Below are positions 9,248-18,282 of a stretch of 64,000 nt of DNA, piece by piece. Position numbers and translations under genes: made by a program. This stretch comes from Verrucomicrobiota bacterium (GTDB lineage Bacteria > Chlamydiota > Chlamydiia > Chlamydiales > SM23-39): positions 64,574 through 128,573 of the forward strand of contig JAFEGL010000029.1 in the NCBI GenBank assembly GCA_018239895.1, read 5' to 3'. Numbering within the stretch: the first letter of the stretch is position 1; every line of letters begins with the position of its first letter. Under the pieces are notes generated by a model. The model saw nothing but the letters and a program-made list of their open reading frames with translations. It made no database searches and was not told the origin of the DNA.

Positions 9248-10927
9248 CTATTCAGTAGCGCGCATGAGGAGTCCCATGAGGGCGTACCGGTTTTGTGGAT
9301 TGCCGTGCTGGATCGCCTTGAGGAGAAAATCGATGCTCTTCTCATCGCGTTGGTTGGCAATCGAGAGGAACGATTCGATGAGAAGTCTCGATGTCTCATC
9401 GGGTGTGAGAGAAAAGTCCGACTGTTCGAGCCGGTATTTCCAGGGAAGCATAGGGCGGAGGCGGATGAGTTCCGACCCTTTTTGGTGCATCACCCAGTTT
9501 TTGACATACTCTTCGTAGGGCCCTTCGATTTTAAGGCGGTAGAGGGCGAGGTGGCAGTAGTCCCGAATGAGGGGCGAAGTGAGCTTTGCAGCTCCTGACT
9601 TTAGAAGAGAAATGGCCCCTTCGGTTTGGAGATTTTCCAATTGGCCGATGAGGATCGGAATCAGGTCGTTTTGCTGCCGGTGAATGATCTCTTTGGCCAG
9701 ATTGAGAAAATCTGCTTCGGGAAGATGGATCGATTCGCGCAGAATATGCTCCCGCATGGCGAGGGAAAAACTGAGATCGATTGTCGGATCGTTGGAACGA
9801 AGTTCCGCAGAGGGGACCGCTTTCCAGGCAGTGAGAGTCCGTCCGATAGAGCCGTAAGGATGGAAAGCGAGATCCCGCGCATCTTGGATGAACATTTCTG
9901 AAAGAACGGGAGCGCAGCGGGGATCGCGGAGCTGCAAAAGGGCGACGGCCGCATTGATCCGAATCTGGAGATCGTTCGCTTGGACGAGATCGGCCAACAC
10001 CTCTTCCGATTCCGAGACGTTGCCGAGAGCGGCGATTGCAAAGAGGTTCCGGTTTTTTGCCATCTCTATGAGGGCAGGAACTCCGGTCCGGTCTCCGAGA
10101 CGCAGCAAGGCGAGGGCTGCTGTGATCCGGATCGATTCAGTGGGAGAGGCGGAGAGTTTTTTGAGTTTGGGAACAACGGAACTGTCTTTCAACGCCCCCA
10201 TTGAAAAGCAGGTCGCCTCCAGCTCAGAGATGTTGGAGAGGGAGAGCCTTTTCCTTAAGAGAGGGAGAAAATCGTCGCGCCCCATGTGGGCCACTTGGAG
10301 GATCGATTCGACTCTCACTTGCGGATCTGTGTCTTCGATAAGCCGCTTGAGAACTGCTGTCGCATCGTTGGTTCCGATCAGGGCGAAAAGGGGTGGGAAA
10401 TAGGGTTTGAAGACGGGGGGAAGTCTGAACATCAACCCTTCGATCTGCCCAACAGCGTGGGGGTGTTTTTTCAAGGCGAGGTGGAAGGCGGCTTCCATCC
10501 GGGTTGCTAAAAAATCGGAACTCATCGCTACGTTGAGTAGCTCATCGGCCCGGTCATCTTCCTGCCGGCCGATGAAATTGAGCGAGAGGAGCTGGACTTG
10601 CGGGTCGGGGTGCTTGAGCCCTTTCTCCAATATTTCGAGGGCGCGAGCCGAATTGGAGAGGCCCGCCCCGAAGAGGGTCATGAGAAACGCCTGAGGATCT
10701 TCGCTCTGGATCCCTTTTTGCAAAAGGGTCAGCCCCATCTGCTGCAGCACCTCAAAATCGTGGCGGCCTGTGATATTTGCGAGTTCCCGATACCGTTCGA
10801 TCGACTCCTCGACTTTCTTTTGCTGCATGAGGTAGAGCGCCTGCATTTTTGCCTCTTGCGCCGGAGTGGCGGCCCAGAGAGCCGAAGCGGCGCATGTGCA
10901 AATCAGACACTTCGCAAGTAATCCCAT
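9248..10927 (-). CDS. secreted HEAT/PBS-lyase-like repeat protein
   Basis: Signal-peptide-like N-terminus. Repeated ..DPQVR..A..AL..LGD... units (HPDPQVQLLSLNFIG, DTDPQVRVESILQVAHMG, ESIRITAALALLRLGD, LQIRINAAVALLQLRD). Confidence 0.5.
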   Translation of the reverse strand: MGLLAKCLICTCAASALWAATPAQEAKMQALYLMQQKKVEESIERYRELANITGRHDFEVLQQMGLTLLQKGIQSEDPQAFLMTLFGAGLSNSARALEILEKGLKHPDPQVQLLSLNFIGRQEDDRADELLNVAMSSDFLATRMEAAFHLALKKHPHAVGQIEGLMFRLPPVFKPYFPPLFALIGTNDATAVLKRLIEDTDPQVRVESILQVAHMGRDDFLPLLRKRLSLSNISELEATCFSMGALKDSSVVPKLKKLSASPTESIRITAALALLRLGDRTGVPALIEMAKNRNLFAIAALGNVSESEEVLADLVQANDLQIRINAAVALLQLRDPRCAPVLSEMFIQDARDLAFHPYGSIGRTLTAWKAVPSAELRSNDPTIDLSFSLAMREHILRESIHLPEADFLNLAKEIIHRQQNDLIPILIGQLENLQTEGAISLLKSGAAKLTSPLIRDYCHLALYRLKIEGPYEEYVKNWVMHQKGSELIRLRPMLPWKYRLEQSDFSLTPDETSRLLIESFLSIANQRDEKSIDFLLKAIQHGNPQNRYALMGLLMRATE

Positions 10928-11490
10928 AGATCGATCCCCATTTTAAGAAGCAAATGCCTCACGGTCTGCAGCGGCAGCCCCATGATGTTGTAATAGCATC
11001 CCTCGATTCTTTTTACAATGAGGCTTCCCCCTTTTTGGATCGCATAGCCGCCCGCTTTGTCGAGTGGAGCGAAGAATTGGTGGTAGGTACGGATTTGAGG
11101 CTCAGTGAGTTCGTGGAAATGGACTCTCGATTCTTCCGACTCGGAAAAATGGGTATTTCCCTGCGCGACGCAGACCCCTGTGAAGACCTGGTGCTCTTTG
11201 CCCGATAGCTCAGCCAGCATCCCGTAGGCCTCCTCAATGTTCTCAGGTTTCATGAATAGGCGCCCCTGTCTATAAACCACCGTGTCGGCCGTCAGAATCA
11301 CATCTTTTGGATATTTTTCGCAAAGGCAAAGGGCTTTGCGGCGGGCCACTTCTCTGGCAAAAGCGGCCGGATCTCCCTGAAAGACCACTTGGCTTTCGTC
11401 GAATTCAGGGTTGATTTGGCGAAAAGGGAGAGAGAAAAAATTCATGATCTCTCTGCGGCGGGGCGACTGCGAGCCCAAGATGATTTCCAT
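10903..11490 (-). CDS. maf: Maf-family nucleoside triphosphate pyrophosphatase
   Basis: ILGSQSPRRREIM, LTADTVV, GKP, GGYAIQ motifs. Start set at MEIILGSQ (11490) instead of the track start 11574. Confidence 0.9.
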   Translation of the reverse strand: MEIILGSQSPRRREIMNFFSLPFRQINPEFDESQVVFQGDPAAFAREVARRKALCLCEKYPKDVILTADTVVYRQGRLFMKPENIEEAYGMLAELSGKEHQVFTGVCVAQGNTHFSESEESRVHFHELTEPQIRTYHQFFAPLDKAGGYAIQKGGSLIVKRIEGCYYNIMGLPLQTVRHLLLKMGIDLWDYLRSV

Positions 11491-11587
11491 AGCGCTCCAT
11501 TTTTCGTTCGATTTTAGATGTTTAAGGAATTTCTCACATCCTTTAAACTTGTCGCCGATCCTGTAAAAAACCACACAAGGAAGGAAA

Positions 11588-12238
11588 ATGTTTCGAGTTG
11601 ATTCGAGAGCTAGCTCCCCATTAGACCCAGTTGGAGCTGCTCGAGCTAAATATAATGAAATTAATCGAGTTTTAAAACAACAAGGTAAATCCTTAATCGA
11701 CGTTTATGAAGTTGCGATTGGAATTTTCGATCATGCTTCTCAAAGAGAATTCCGAATGATCAACTCTACGCTGTTAAAAGAAGTTCAAATTTGGAAGGAA
11801 AAAGCTTGCGAAAAGATTTCCAAATGTTTCGGTAAGATTATAAATACTACAAAATGCAAAGAAAACAGCGAGGTTTTTTTCGCTCGTGAAAAGTTTATAG
11901 AAATAAAGTCAATAATCGATGAAGCGACTACCTGGGAAGAATTTGAAAAGGCTACCGATCTAATGGATAAGGCAAATTCTTCCGAATTTCGACCTACGAA
12001 AAAAGATCGGGAAGCTTCCTGTTTAATTTATGGGTATAAGAGAGAAGCCAATCGGGTCATAGATGACTTGCAAGCCGTTTTGATGAAACAAGGTGCTTCC
12101 AAAAAAAATCTGGAAGATGATGAAAACGACCTGCAGTTTGTCGAAGAGCATGACGATATATCTGCTTCGTCCATATCGAGACAAAGCTCGGCGTTAAGCG
12201 CAGCATCCAGGCAATCGCCACTCGATTTTGACGACTGA
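11588..12238 (+). CDS. hypothetical protein, AT-rich orphan (helical, Ser-rich acidic C-terminus)
   Basis: 216-aa ORF with no recognisable motif. Visibly more AT-rich than its neighbours. It is the only + strand gene among - strand housekeeping genes. Confidence 0.45.
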   Translation: MFRVDSRASSPLDPVGAARAKYNEINRVLKQQGKSLIDVYEVAIGIFDHASQREFRMINSTLLKEVQIWKEKACEKISKCFGKIINTTKCKENSEVFFAREKFIEIKSIIDEATTWEEFEKATDLMDKANSSEFRPTKKDREASCLIYGYKREANRVIDDLQAVLMKQGASKKNLEDDENDLQFVEEHDDISASSISRQSSALSAASRQSPLDFDD

Positions 12239-12278
12239 TTCATATTTTGGGACCGAGTTCAAGACTCGGTCCAAAAAT

Positions 12279-14198
12279 TTATCCGACTTTTTTGCGGCTG
12301 CCTGTCCGCTTTACCCCGTTGATTGGGGCGCTGCGGGAGGTGAGGTCGACCCAAATGGGGGAACTCCAGGCGATGTGGCCATCTTTTTGGACAACGCGCA
12401 AATAGTAGTAGACGAAGGGGTTTTTTTCGGCATTCGGCTCGAGAGCGACTGAACTGAGTAGATCTGTGTCGTCGATCGCGAACTCGGTTCTCTCGTCATT
12501 GGCTTGGATCGTTCGGAAAACTTTTCCGTTCCGGATGAGCGAGATCTCCGTCAGCGGGCAGGTGCCGATAGCGTAGCCGGTGATATGCCGGTTGAATTCG
12601 AGACCTGGGCGCGATTTTGTGTCGATTTCCATGCCCATACCGAAGCCCGCAATGTGGAGGCCGACGATGATCTTCTCTCCCGTTGTTGCATAGCAAGAAC
12701 GGGCGTGGAGAGCTTCAATTAAAGAGGCGCGGTTGTGCTCCTTGGAGAGGATCGCTGTCAGTCCTGGCGAATATTGGGTCTGATCGGCGTCGTAGAGGTC
12801 GGTGTAGGGGCCCCGATCGTCATAACCGCCGGAGATGAAGCCGAAGCGGCAGCCGCTATTGAGCGCTTTTTGGAGCGAACCTTCGGCTGTTTCAGAAATT
12901 CCGTTCTTTGTTCCCGAAATAGGCCTTGGATTCCCTTCTTTTGCCGTGTTCTCTGAAGATCCCCAGGCGTTATAGATTTCAGCGACCCGCTCAAAGTCGG
13001 GGTTGTGGTCTTCAAAGTCGAAACAGGTCTGTTTTCCCATAGTGAACGAAGGGATCGATAGCATCTCTTTCGGGTTGTTGGTCTTGTAGATCTTTTTGAG
13101 CGAGTTGTTTTTCGTGTCTTTGCGGCGCAAGATCGGGCGTGAATCTTTTGTATAGAGGAAATGGCGAAGTCCCTCAGTCTTGGTTTCTCCCTGCCACTGG
13201 AATCCGAGGATTGCGACAAACCGGTCGTCTTCGTTGAATTCGGCTACCTGTTGGCTGACGAGCTTCCATACGTCGTTCGAGGTCTCCTCTTCGCTCTCGA
13301 AGTTGGAGGAGGCGTAGAACTGCAGGGCTCTGTCGTCGCGGATGTGGCGGAGGAACGACTCAATATTTTCGCTCGAATCGACCCGCTCCGATTCTCCGTG
13401 GACGAGACCCCAGTACAGGCTCAAAGCTCCTTCGGGAAGGCACTTGATCGGCGGAGAGAGGAACTGCTCTTTCGTTTTAAGATTCTTGAGTTGGATCTTG
13501 TAGATGCCGGGTTCGTTGAAGTAGAGGTTGGGGAGAGCGATGAACCCTGTTTCAGGGACGAAGAGTTTCCAGCTTAAATTTTCTCTCAAGTGTTCGTAAC
13601 TCAAGTCGATGAGGGTCCCTTCTGGAGCGTTCGAAGTGAGGTTGCCGTAAATGTCTTCGAATCGGACGATCACATCGAACCGCTTGTTGCGGCTGACGAG
13701 AGAGGGGGCGATGATCCGGAGCGCTTTGAGTTGATTCCCGCGTACGTCGAGGTTGAAAATTTCGGGTTCTTTGTAATCCCCTTTTCCTTTTGGGTCGATG
13801 TACAAATTGAAGGGGCGCCGTCTCTGGACGACTTTTTGGCAGGTGTTCCCTTTCTTCGGGTCTCCTTCGGGAGAACCCATGAAAATCGAGATCGTTTCGC
13901 CCGATTTTAGCTCGGTAGGAAGGAGAAACTCAAACGAGGGGGTGAGGAGTTCAGGGTGTTCAACTTCGGTGGCGCCAATCATTTTTGAGCCGGGGAGTTC
14001 GGCCCAAATTACGTTCTCTTTCTCTTTTAAATTGGTCGTGGGGATTTGCCAATCGACGGGGCGCCCTTTGCTATACAGGTCGAATCGGATCCGGGTCCCT
14101 TTTGGCAGATTAGTGGCGGTCGTATAGACAAATTTCCAGGTGGAAGAGTCTCCGGCCAGAGCAGCGTTTGGTTCACAATAGCAAATCGATCGTCGCAT
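12279..14198 (-). CDS. conserved hypothetical protein, possibly DUF3604/PHP-like fold (tentative)
   Basis: 639-aa ORF with native-like codon usage. LYWGLVHGESERVDS resembles the YxGDxHxHT metal motif of DUF3604 but is degenerate. The C-terminal CYATTGEKI..W segment resembles that family. Recalled from memory only. Confidence 0.35.
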   Translation of the reverse strand: MRRSICYCEPNAALAGDSSTWKFVYTTATNLPKGTRIRFDLYSKGRPVDWQIPTTNLKEKENVIWAELPGSKMIGATEVEHPELLTPSFEFLLPTELKSGETISIFMGSPEGDPKKGNTCQKVVQRRRPFNLYIDPKGKGDYKEPEIFNLDVRGNQLKALRIIAPSLVSRNKRFDVIVRFEDIYGNLTSNAPEGTLIDLSYEHLRENLSWKLFVPETGFIALPNLYFNEPGIYKIQLKNLKTKEQFLSPPIKCLPEGALSLYWGLVHGESERVDSSENIESFLRHIRDDRALQFYASSNFESEEETSNDVWKLVSQQVAEFNEDDRFVAILGFQWQGETKTEGLRHFLYTKDSRPILRRKDTKNNSLKKIYKTNNPKEMLSIPSFTMGKQTCFDFEDHNPDFERVAEIYNAWGSSENTAKEGNPRPISGTKNGISETAEGSLQKALNSGCRFGFISGGYDDRGPYTDLYDADQTQYSPGLTAILSKEHNRASLIEALHARSCYATTGEKIIVGLHIAGFGMGMEIDTKSRPGLEFNRHITGYAIGTCPLTEISLIRNGKVFRTIQANDERTEFAIDDTDLLSSVALEPNAEKNPFVYYYLRVVQKDGHIAWSSPIWVDLTSRSAPINGVKRTGSRKKVG

Positions 14199-14275
14199 GG
14201 ATATCCCTTATAAGAAAATAGGATCCCCATTTTGCCTAAATGGGAGTTCTTTGGCAAGTGATTGAGGATAAGAAA

Positions 14276-15616
14276 TTATTCGATATTCAAAGTGCGGGGG
14301 ACAATTTTAATTTTTTTGATCGACCGCTCATTTGAGCTGAGGACTTCAAGTTCGAATTCGTCGCGCAGGAGGCGCCACCCTTTGACAGGGATTGTCCCGG
14401 CGCAGTGGAAAACGTAGCCGCCGATCGTCTCATACTCGAGTCCTGACGGGATCTTGATCCCGAGCTGTTCCTCGATGTCGATGATGCTCATTTTGGCGTC
14501 GACGACCCAGCCGCCGGTGGGGAGGCTCCAGAATTGCTGGTCTTCGCCGATGTCGTACTCATCTTCGATTTCGCCGACGAGCTCTTCTAAAATGTCTTCG
14601 ATAGTGACGATCCCCTCGGTGCCCCCATATTCGTCGACGATGATGGCCATGTGGATCTGCTTATTTCTAAATTCCTGCAGAAGCTGGGCGATCTTCTTGT
14701 TCTCAGGGGCGTAAAGGACCGGCTTCACGAGGCTCTCGAGCGGCGCATCGAGGTCAAGCTCGGGGCTGGCGTAGTATTTCAAAAGATCTTTGTAGAGGAC
14801 GACGCCGACGATCTGATCGAGCGTCTCCCGGAAAACAGGAATCCGGCTGTACCCTTCCGAGGCGAAGAGGCGGGCTGCGTCGCGGATCGGGGTGTCGGCC
14901 TCGAGGCTGAATACGTCGACGCGGGGGACCATGATCTCTTTTGCGACCCGCTCCTTGAAGTTGATGAAGGAGGAGATGAGCTTTTGGTCGTTTAAGTCGA
15001 GGTGGTGCTGGAGTTCCGATTCTCGGATCATCTCGCGCAATTTCGTTTTATCGGTGAGCCACTCAGCGGCCTCCTCGTCGAGCGGAGCTTTTTTCAAAAG
15101 GGCTCTGGTGAATTGGAGGAGAAGTCCTGTGAAAGGGAAGAGGAAGATGAGATAGATCGAAGCGATCGGGGCGATCAGCTTGAAAAGGGATCGGCTCCAG
15201 AGGGTGGCTGCCAATCGCAAAACGAAATCGAAGAAGAGCGACACGGCGACGATGAAAGCTCCTGTCAGGAGAAGGGGGCCCCAATCATCAGGGGAATGGT
15301 TGTCGAAGAGGACGCTCTTGAGGTTTGGATTGACAGCAAGGATGTAAAAAAAGGAGAAGACAGCATAAGCGAGCTGGAAGGTATGTTTGCTGACCGAAAT
15401 GAAGAAATAGAGATTTTCCCATTCGCTTTTTGGCGAGAGGCGCTTGAGGAGAGGCCTGAAAAAGAAGAGAGGCGGATGGGGCGATCGGAGCAGCTCTTTC
15501 GATTTAAATTTCCCCATATGGAGCAGAGCGGTGCTGCAGGCGCTTAAGACGGCTGAGCCTAAAAGGGAGAAAATGGGCAAGAAGGGGCTTTCAAGAAGAA
15601 AAGTTGAAAAACTCAC
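14276..15616 (-). CDS. hemolysin-like CNNM/TlyC family membrane protein (DUF21-CBS-CorC_HlyC)
   Basis: N-terminal multi-TM region, a CBS pair (IMVPRVDVF.., IVDEYGGTEGIVTIEDILEELVGEIEDE) and a CorC/HlyC-type C-terminal domain. Confidence 0.85.
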   Translation of the reverse strand: MSFSTFLLESPFLPIFSLLGSAVLSACSTALLHMGKFKSKELLRSPHPPLFFFRPLLKRLSPKSEWENLYFFISVSKHTFQLAYAVFSFFYILAVNPNLKSVLFDNHSPDDWGPLLLTGAFIVAVSLFFDFVLRLAATLWSRSLFKLIAPIASIYLIFLFPFTGLLLQFTRALLKKAPLDEEAAEWLTDKTKLREMIRESELQHHLDLNDQKLISSFINFKERVAKEIMVPRVDVFSLEADTPIRDAARLFASEGYSRIPVFRETLDQIVGVVLYKDLLKYYASPELDLDAPLESLVKPVLYAPENKKIAQLLQEFRNKQIHMAIIVDEYGGTEGIVTIEDILEELVGEIEDEYDIGEDQQFWSLPTGGWVVDAKMSIIDIEEQLGIKIPSGLEYETIGGYVFHCAGTIPVKGWRLLRDEFELEVLSSNERSIKKIKIVPRTLNIE

Positions 15617-16053
15617 GGCTGTCTCAAACTAATTTTCAAGTCGCTTAAGCGACGCATACAACTTTTCTCCTTTTTTCGCATGACTCTTCTCGCTTTTTCT
15701 TCGAGATCATCGTAGCCAAGGAGATGAAGAAGGCCGTGGACGATGTAGAGGGCCGTCTCTTCGTAAGGGTCCAAGTTGTTTTTTTCTGCGTAGAGAACCG
15801 CAGTCTTAGGGCAGACAAACACCTCTCCTAAGGTTCCATCGAAGCCGATCGGAAACGAGATACAATCAGTAGGGGAGGGGTCTTGGAAAAACTCATCGTG
15901 AAGCTGGCAGATCTTTTTCTCTGTGACGAAATAGATCGAAGCGTCTTCCCACTCTTCGGCCTTTTCAAGGGCTAGAACGGCGAGGACGATCTCTTTGACC
16001 GCTCGGGTGGATATTTTGAGGTTTTTTTGTTGATTGGATACTGAGACTTTCAT
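15613..16053 (-). CDS. ybeY: rRNA maturation endoribonuclease YbeY
   Basis: HGLLHLLGYDD metal-binding motif, 146 aa. ATGA-type overlap with the downstream tlyC-like gene. Confidence 0.9.
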   Translation of the reverse strand: MKVSVSNQQKNLKISTRAVKEIVLAVLALEKAEEWEDASIYFVTEKKICQLHDEFFQDPSPTDCISFPIGFDGTLGEVFVCPKTAVLYAEKNNLDPYEETALYIVHGLLHLLGYDDLEEKARRVMRKKEKSCMRRLSDLKISLRQP

Positions 16054-16089
16054 AGGAGGGGAGAGACTGTCAAACAGCCTCTCCAGCCT

Positions 16090-16248
16090 TTATGCGGATG
16101 GGGTCTTCGGGAGATTGGTCACTCTCGTGTTTTTTCCATCTACCCATTTGCCCAATTTGCGCAGCACGTCGATCCGCTCGAATCGCTTCAAGACGTTCCG
16201 TTTCTTGCCGCCCTTGTTTGTTTTGCCGTAGCTATTGTGTCTTGTCAT
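16090..16248 (-). CDS. small highly basic protein (52 aa), resembles the PVC 'small basic protein' family
   Basis: Hand translation: MTRHNSYGKTNKGGKKRNVLKRFERIDVLRKLGKWVDGKNTRVTNLPKTPSA. Below the ORF-track cutoff. The KRNVLKRFERxD motif matches my recollection of a small basic protein family restricted to PVC bacteria. Confidence 0.55.
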   Translation of the reverse strand: MTRHNSYGKTNKGGKKRNVLKRFERIDVLRKLGKWVDGKNTRVTNLPKTPSA

Positions 16249-16253
16249 AGTGA

Positions 16254-16427
16254 TTAACCGATTTTAGGAACGAAGCGGGTAGTTCCGAGTTCCGCAGGCG
16301 CGGCGTTCTCATGGAACTTGAAGCCATGTTCTAGTTTGTCTTTTTTTGGACCAGTCTTCTCGGAAGGCGGCCGGGGTCTACGGGGCGATACGTGCCGACG
16401 TTTCCCTTGTTTACTCATGCGGGTCAT
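16254..16427 (-). CDS. small highly basic protein (57 aa), unknown family
   Basis: Hand translation: MTRMSKQGKRRHVSPRRPRPPSEKTGPKKDKLEHGFKFHENAAPAELGTTRFVPKIG. AGGGAG Shine-Dalgarno sits 7 nt upstream of the ATG. The stop lies 5 nt before the next mini-ORF. Below the ORF-track cutoff. Confidence 0.45.
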   Translation of the reverse strand: MTRMSKQGKRRHVSPRRPRPPSEKTGPKKDKLEHGFKFHENAAPAELGTTRFVPKIG

Positions 16428-16456
16428 GGGTTTACTCCCTTTGTATTGAGATTAAG

Positions 16457-16485
16457 ATGATAGTGAAATGGGCGGTAATTTGCAA
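16457..16485 (-). promoter_or_regulatory. candidate sigma-70-type promoter for the mini-ORF/ybeY/tlyC operon
   Basis: On the - strand: TTGCAA, a 17-nt spacer, then TATCAT, about 30 nt upstream of the ATG at 16427. Confidence 0.35.
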
Positions 16486-16517
16486 TTTAATATTGTGAGC
16501 AAAGTTGAATTTTTTAT

Positions 16518-16943
16518 TTACCTGGCTTCGATCAGGCAGCGAGCTTCTTTGTAGGCGTCGAAACGGACGGCCGAAAGCTGCTTTTTGCTGGGGGAGGTGA
16601 GGTCCTCAAACTCGTAGATGATCCGAAAGGAGCCCTCGATGAGGAGGGGGGTAGGGCACAGGTTGAAAGCGGCCCGGGCGCCGTTGATGTTCCTTTTCAG
16701 TTTGGTGACGACGATCCACTCTTTCGTCGTGTCGTCGGTTGCCATGTGGGGCAAAAAGCTCGTCTCAGGGAATTTCCAGAGTAAGTCATCTACAAATTGT
16801 TGAGCCTTAGCATCTTCCACAAAGATCAGAAAGGGCTCCTTCTTTTCGAAGTGAGTCTGAGCCGTTTCGGCGATCCGCTGAAGCTTCAGGACGGTCTCCC
16901 GGACTTGGAAGAAGACCACCCGGATAGGGAGGTCAGAAGTCAT
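16518..16943 (-). CDS. holC: DNA polymerase III chi subunit-like protein
   Basis: 141 aa. VVFFQV....L.RIAETAQTHFEKKEPFLIFVEDAKAQQFVDDLLWKFPETSFLPH matches the HolC pattern (..LD..LW.F....F.PH). Confidence 0.6.
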   Translation of the reverse strand: MTSDLPIRVVFFQVRETVLKLQRIAETAQTHFEKKEPFLIFVEDAKAQQFVDDLLWKFPETSFLPHMATDDTTKEWIVVTKLKRNINGARAAFNLCPTPLLIEGSFRIIYEFEDLTSPSKKQLSAVRFDAYKEARCLIEAR

Positions 16944-17586
16944 CTTGAGCCTCTTGCGCTTCGGCCGCGGGGAGGATCACCCCGCAGGATACGAGAAATT
17001 TAACTGCATCCTCGTTGGTCATATCGATCTCTTTGACCTCATCTTCAGGCAAAATAAACAAAAATCCTGAGATCGGGTGGGGGGCTGTCGGGGCAAATAC
17101 CGAGACGAGTTTGCGCCCCATTTTCTCCTCGCATTCGGCGGGGGCCTCGCCCGAGCTGAATCCGATGCAGAAATTGGGCTTATCTGGGAAGGGTAGCATC
17201 ACCGGCTCTTTAAAAACTTTTTTCCCATCCTGGGAGAAGAGGGCAGAAATGACCTCCTTCGAGATCTTATAAACCGAACGGATGATGGGGATTCGGTTGA
17301 TGAGCTTATTGGTCCATTTCAAAAAGCTCTCAATAAAAAACCAGCGGCCGAACATTCCCAAAAGGAGGATCAGGGCGCAGATCATGAGGAGAGATAAAAG
17401 CCTCGAAAGGAAAATAGCGAATCCCTCAGGAAGCAAGAAAGGGAGCTTCTTCTGAATGAGGGCGACAAGTTCATTCACCACAGGGACGAATGGGGTCGTG
17501 AAAAAATCAAATAAAAAAACGATAACGAAGATCGTCAGGGCAAGCGGCAGCAGGATGATGAGTCCAGTGATCAGGTACTTTCTCAC
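16933..17586 (-). CDS. DUF502 family membrane protein (copy 2)
   Basis: The RKYLITGLIILLPLALTIFVIVFLFDFFT.. N-terminus and IPIIRSVYKISKEV motif are typical of DUF502. Start set at a GTG (17586) preceded by AAGGAG and overlapping the stop of copy 1. The track start 17811 would overlap copy 1 by 230 nt. Confidence 0.75.
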   Translation of the reverse strand: MRKYLITGLIILLPLALTIFVIVFLFDFFTTPFVPVVNELVALIQKKLPFLLPEGFAIFLSRLLSLLMICALILLLGMFGRWFFIESFLKWTNKLINRIPIIRSVYKISKEVISALFSQDGKKVFKEPVMLPFPDKPNFCIGFSSGEAPAECEEKMGRKLVSVFAPTAPHPISGFLFILPEDEVKEIDMTNEDAVKFLVSCGVILPAAEAQEAQDDF

Positions 17587-18224
17587 ACAGTCTCCTTCTT
17601 GCCAGGTTGAATCGCACCGCAGGACACGATATACTTGATCGCATCTTCGCTTTTCATGTTCAAAAGAATCAGATCTGAGGTGGGGCAGACCATCAGGTAG
17701 CCAGTCGTCGGGTTGGGGGTCGTCGGGATGAAGACGGTGACCATCTCTGTCTTCGTTGCCTTTTGGCAAGTCTGCGGCGCATCTCTCGTCACCAATCCCA
17801 AGCAGTAGCAATTGCCGGTTGGGAAAGGGACCATGACGACTTGCTTGAATGAATTCTTCTTCGAAGCAAAGAGGGTCGTGATGATATCTTTCGTCGTCTT
17901 GTAAACTTTGTTGACCAGAGGTATCCGGTAGATCAGCTTATCGCCCCCTTTCAAGAGCGCATGGAACAAAAACCATCTTGCCACCATGCCGAGAACCAGG
18001 GTGATGAGGAAAAGTCCAAACAAGATAATCGCCTGACTGATGGATCGGACCATTTGCTCAGAGGTGATGATTCCCCAGGAGGGGATTTGAGTGTGGGAGA
18101 GGAGCTGAGTCACGAGCCCCATGAAAGGCTTGGTTAAAAGATTGATGATGAAAGCGATGATGGCGATCGTGACAGCGATGGGTAAGAGGATGACGAGGCC
18201 CGTCAAAAAGTACTTCTTCAGCAT
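17583..18224 (-). CDS. DUF502 family membrane protein (copy 1)
   Basis: MLKKYFLTGLVILLPIAVTIAIIAFIINLLT.., IPLVNKVYKTTKDI. Start set at ATG 18224; the track start 18341 reads through the long hairpin. Confidence 0.75.
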   Translation of the reverse strand: MLKKYFLTGLVILLPIAVTIAIIAFIINLLTKPFMGLVTQLLSHTQIPSWGIITSEQMVRSISQAIILFGLFLITLVLGMVARWFLFHALLKGGDKLIYRIPLVNKVYKTTKDIITTLFASKKNSFKQVVMVPFPTGNCYCLGLVTRDAPQTCQKATKTEMVTVFIPTTPNPTTGYLMVCPTSDLILLNMKSEDAIKYIVSCGAIQPGKKETV

Positions 18225-18282
18225 CCCCTTATCATCGCCGCCAGGCTGATATTCTGCAATAGCCATAGTCAATCCAACAGCA

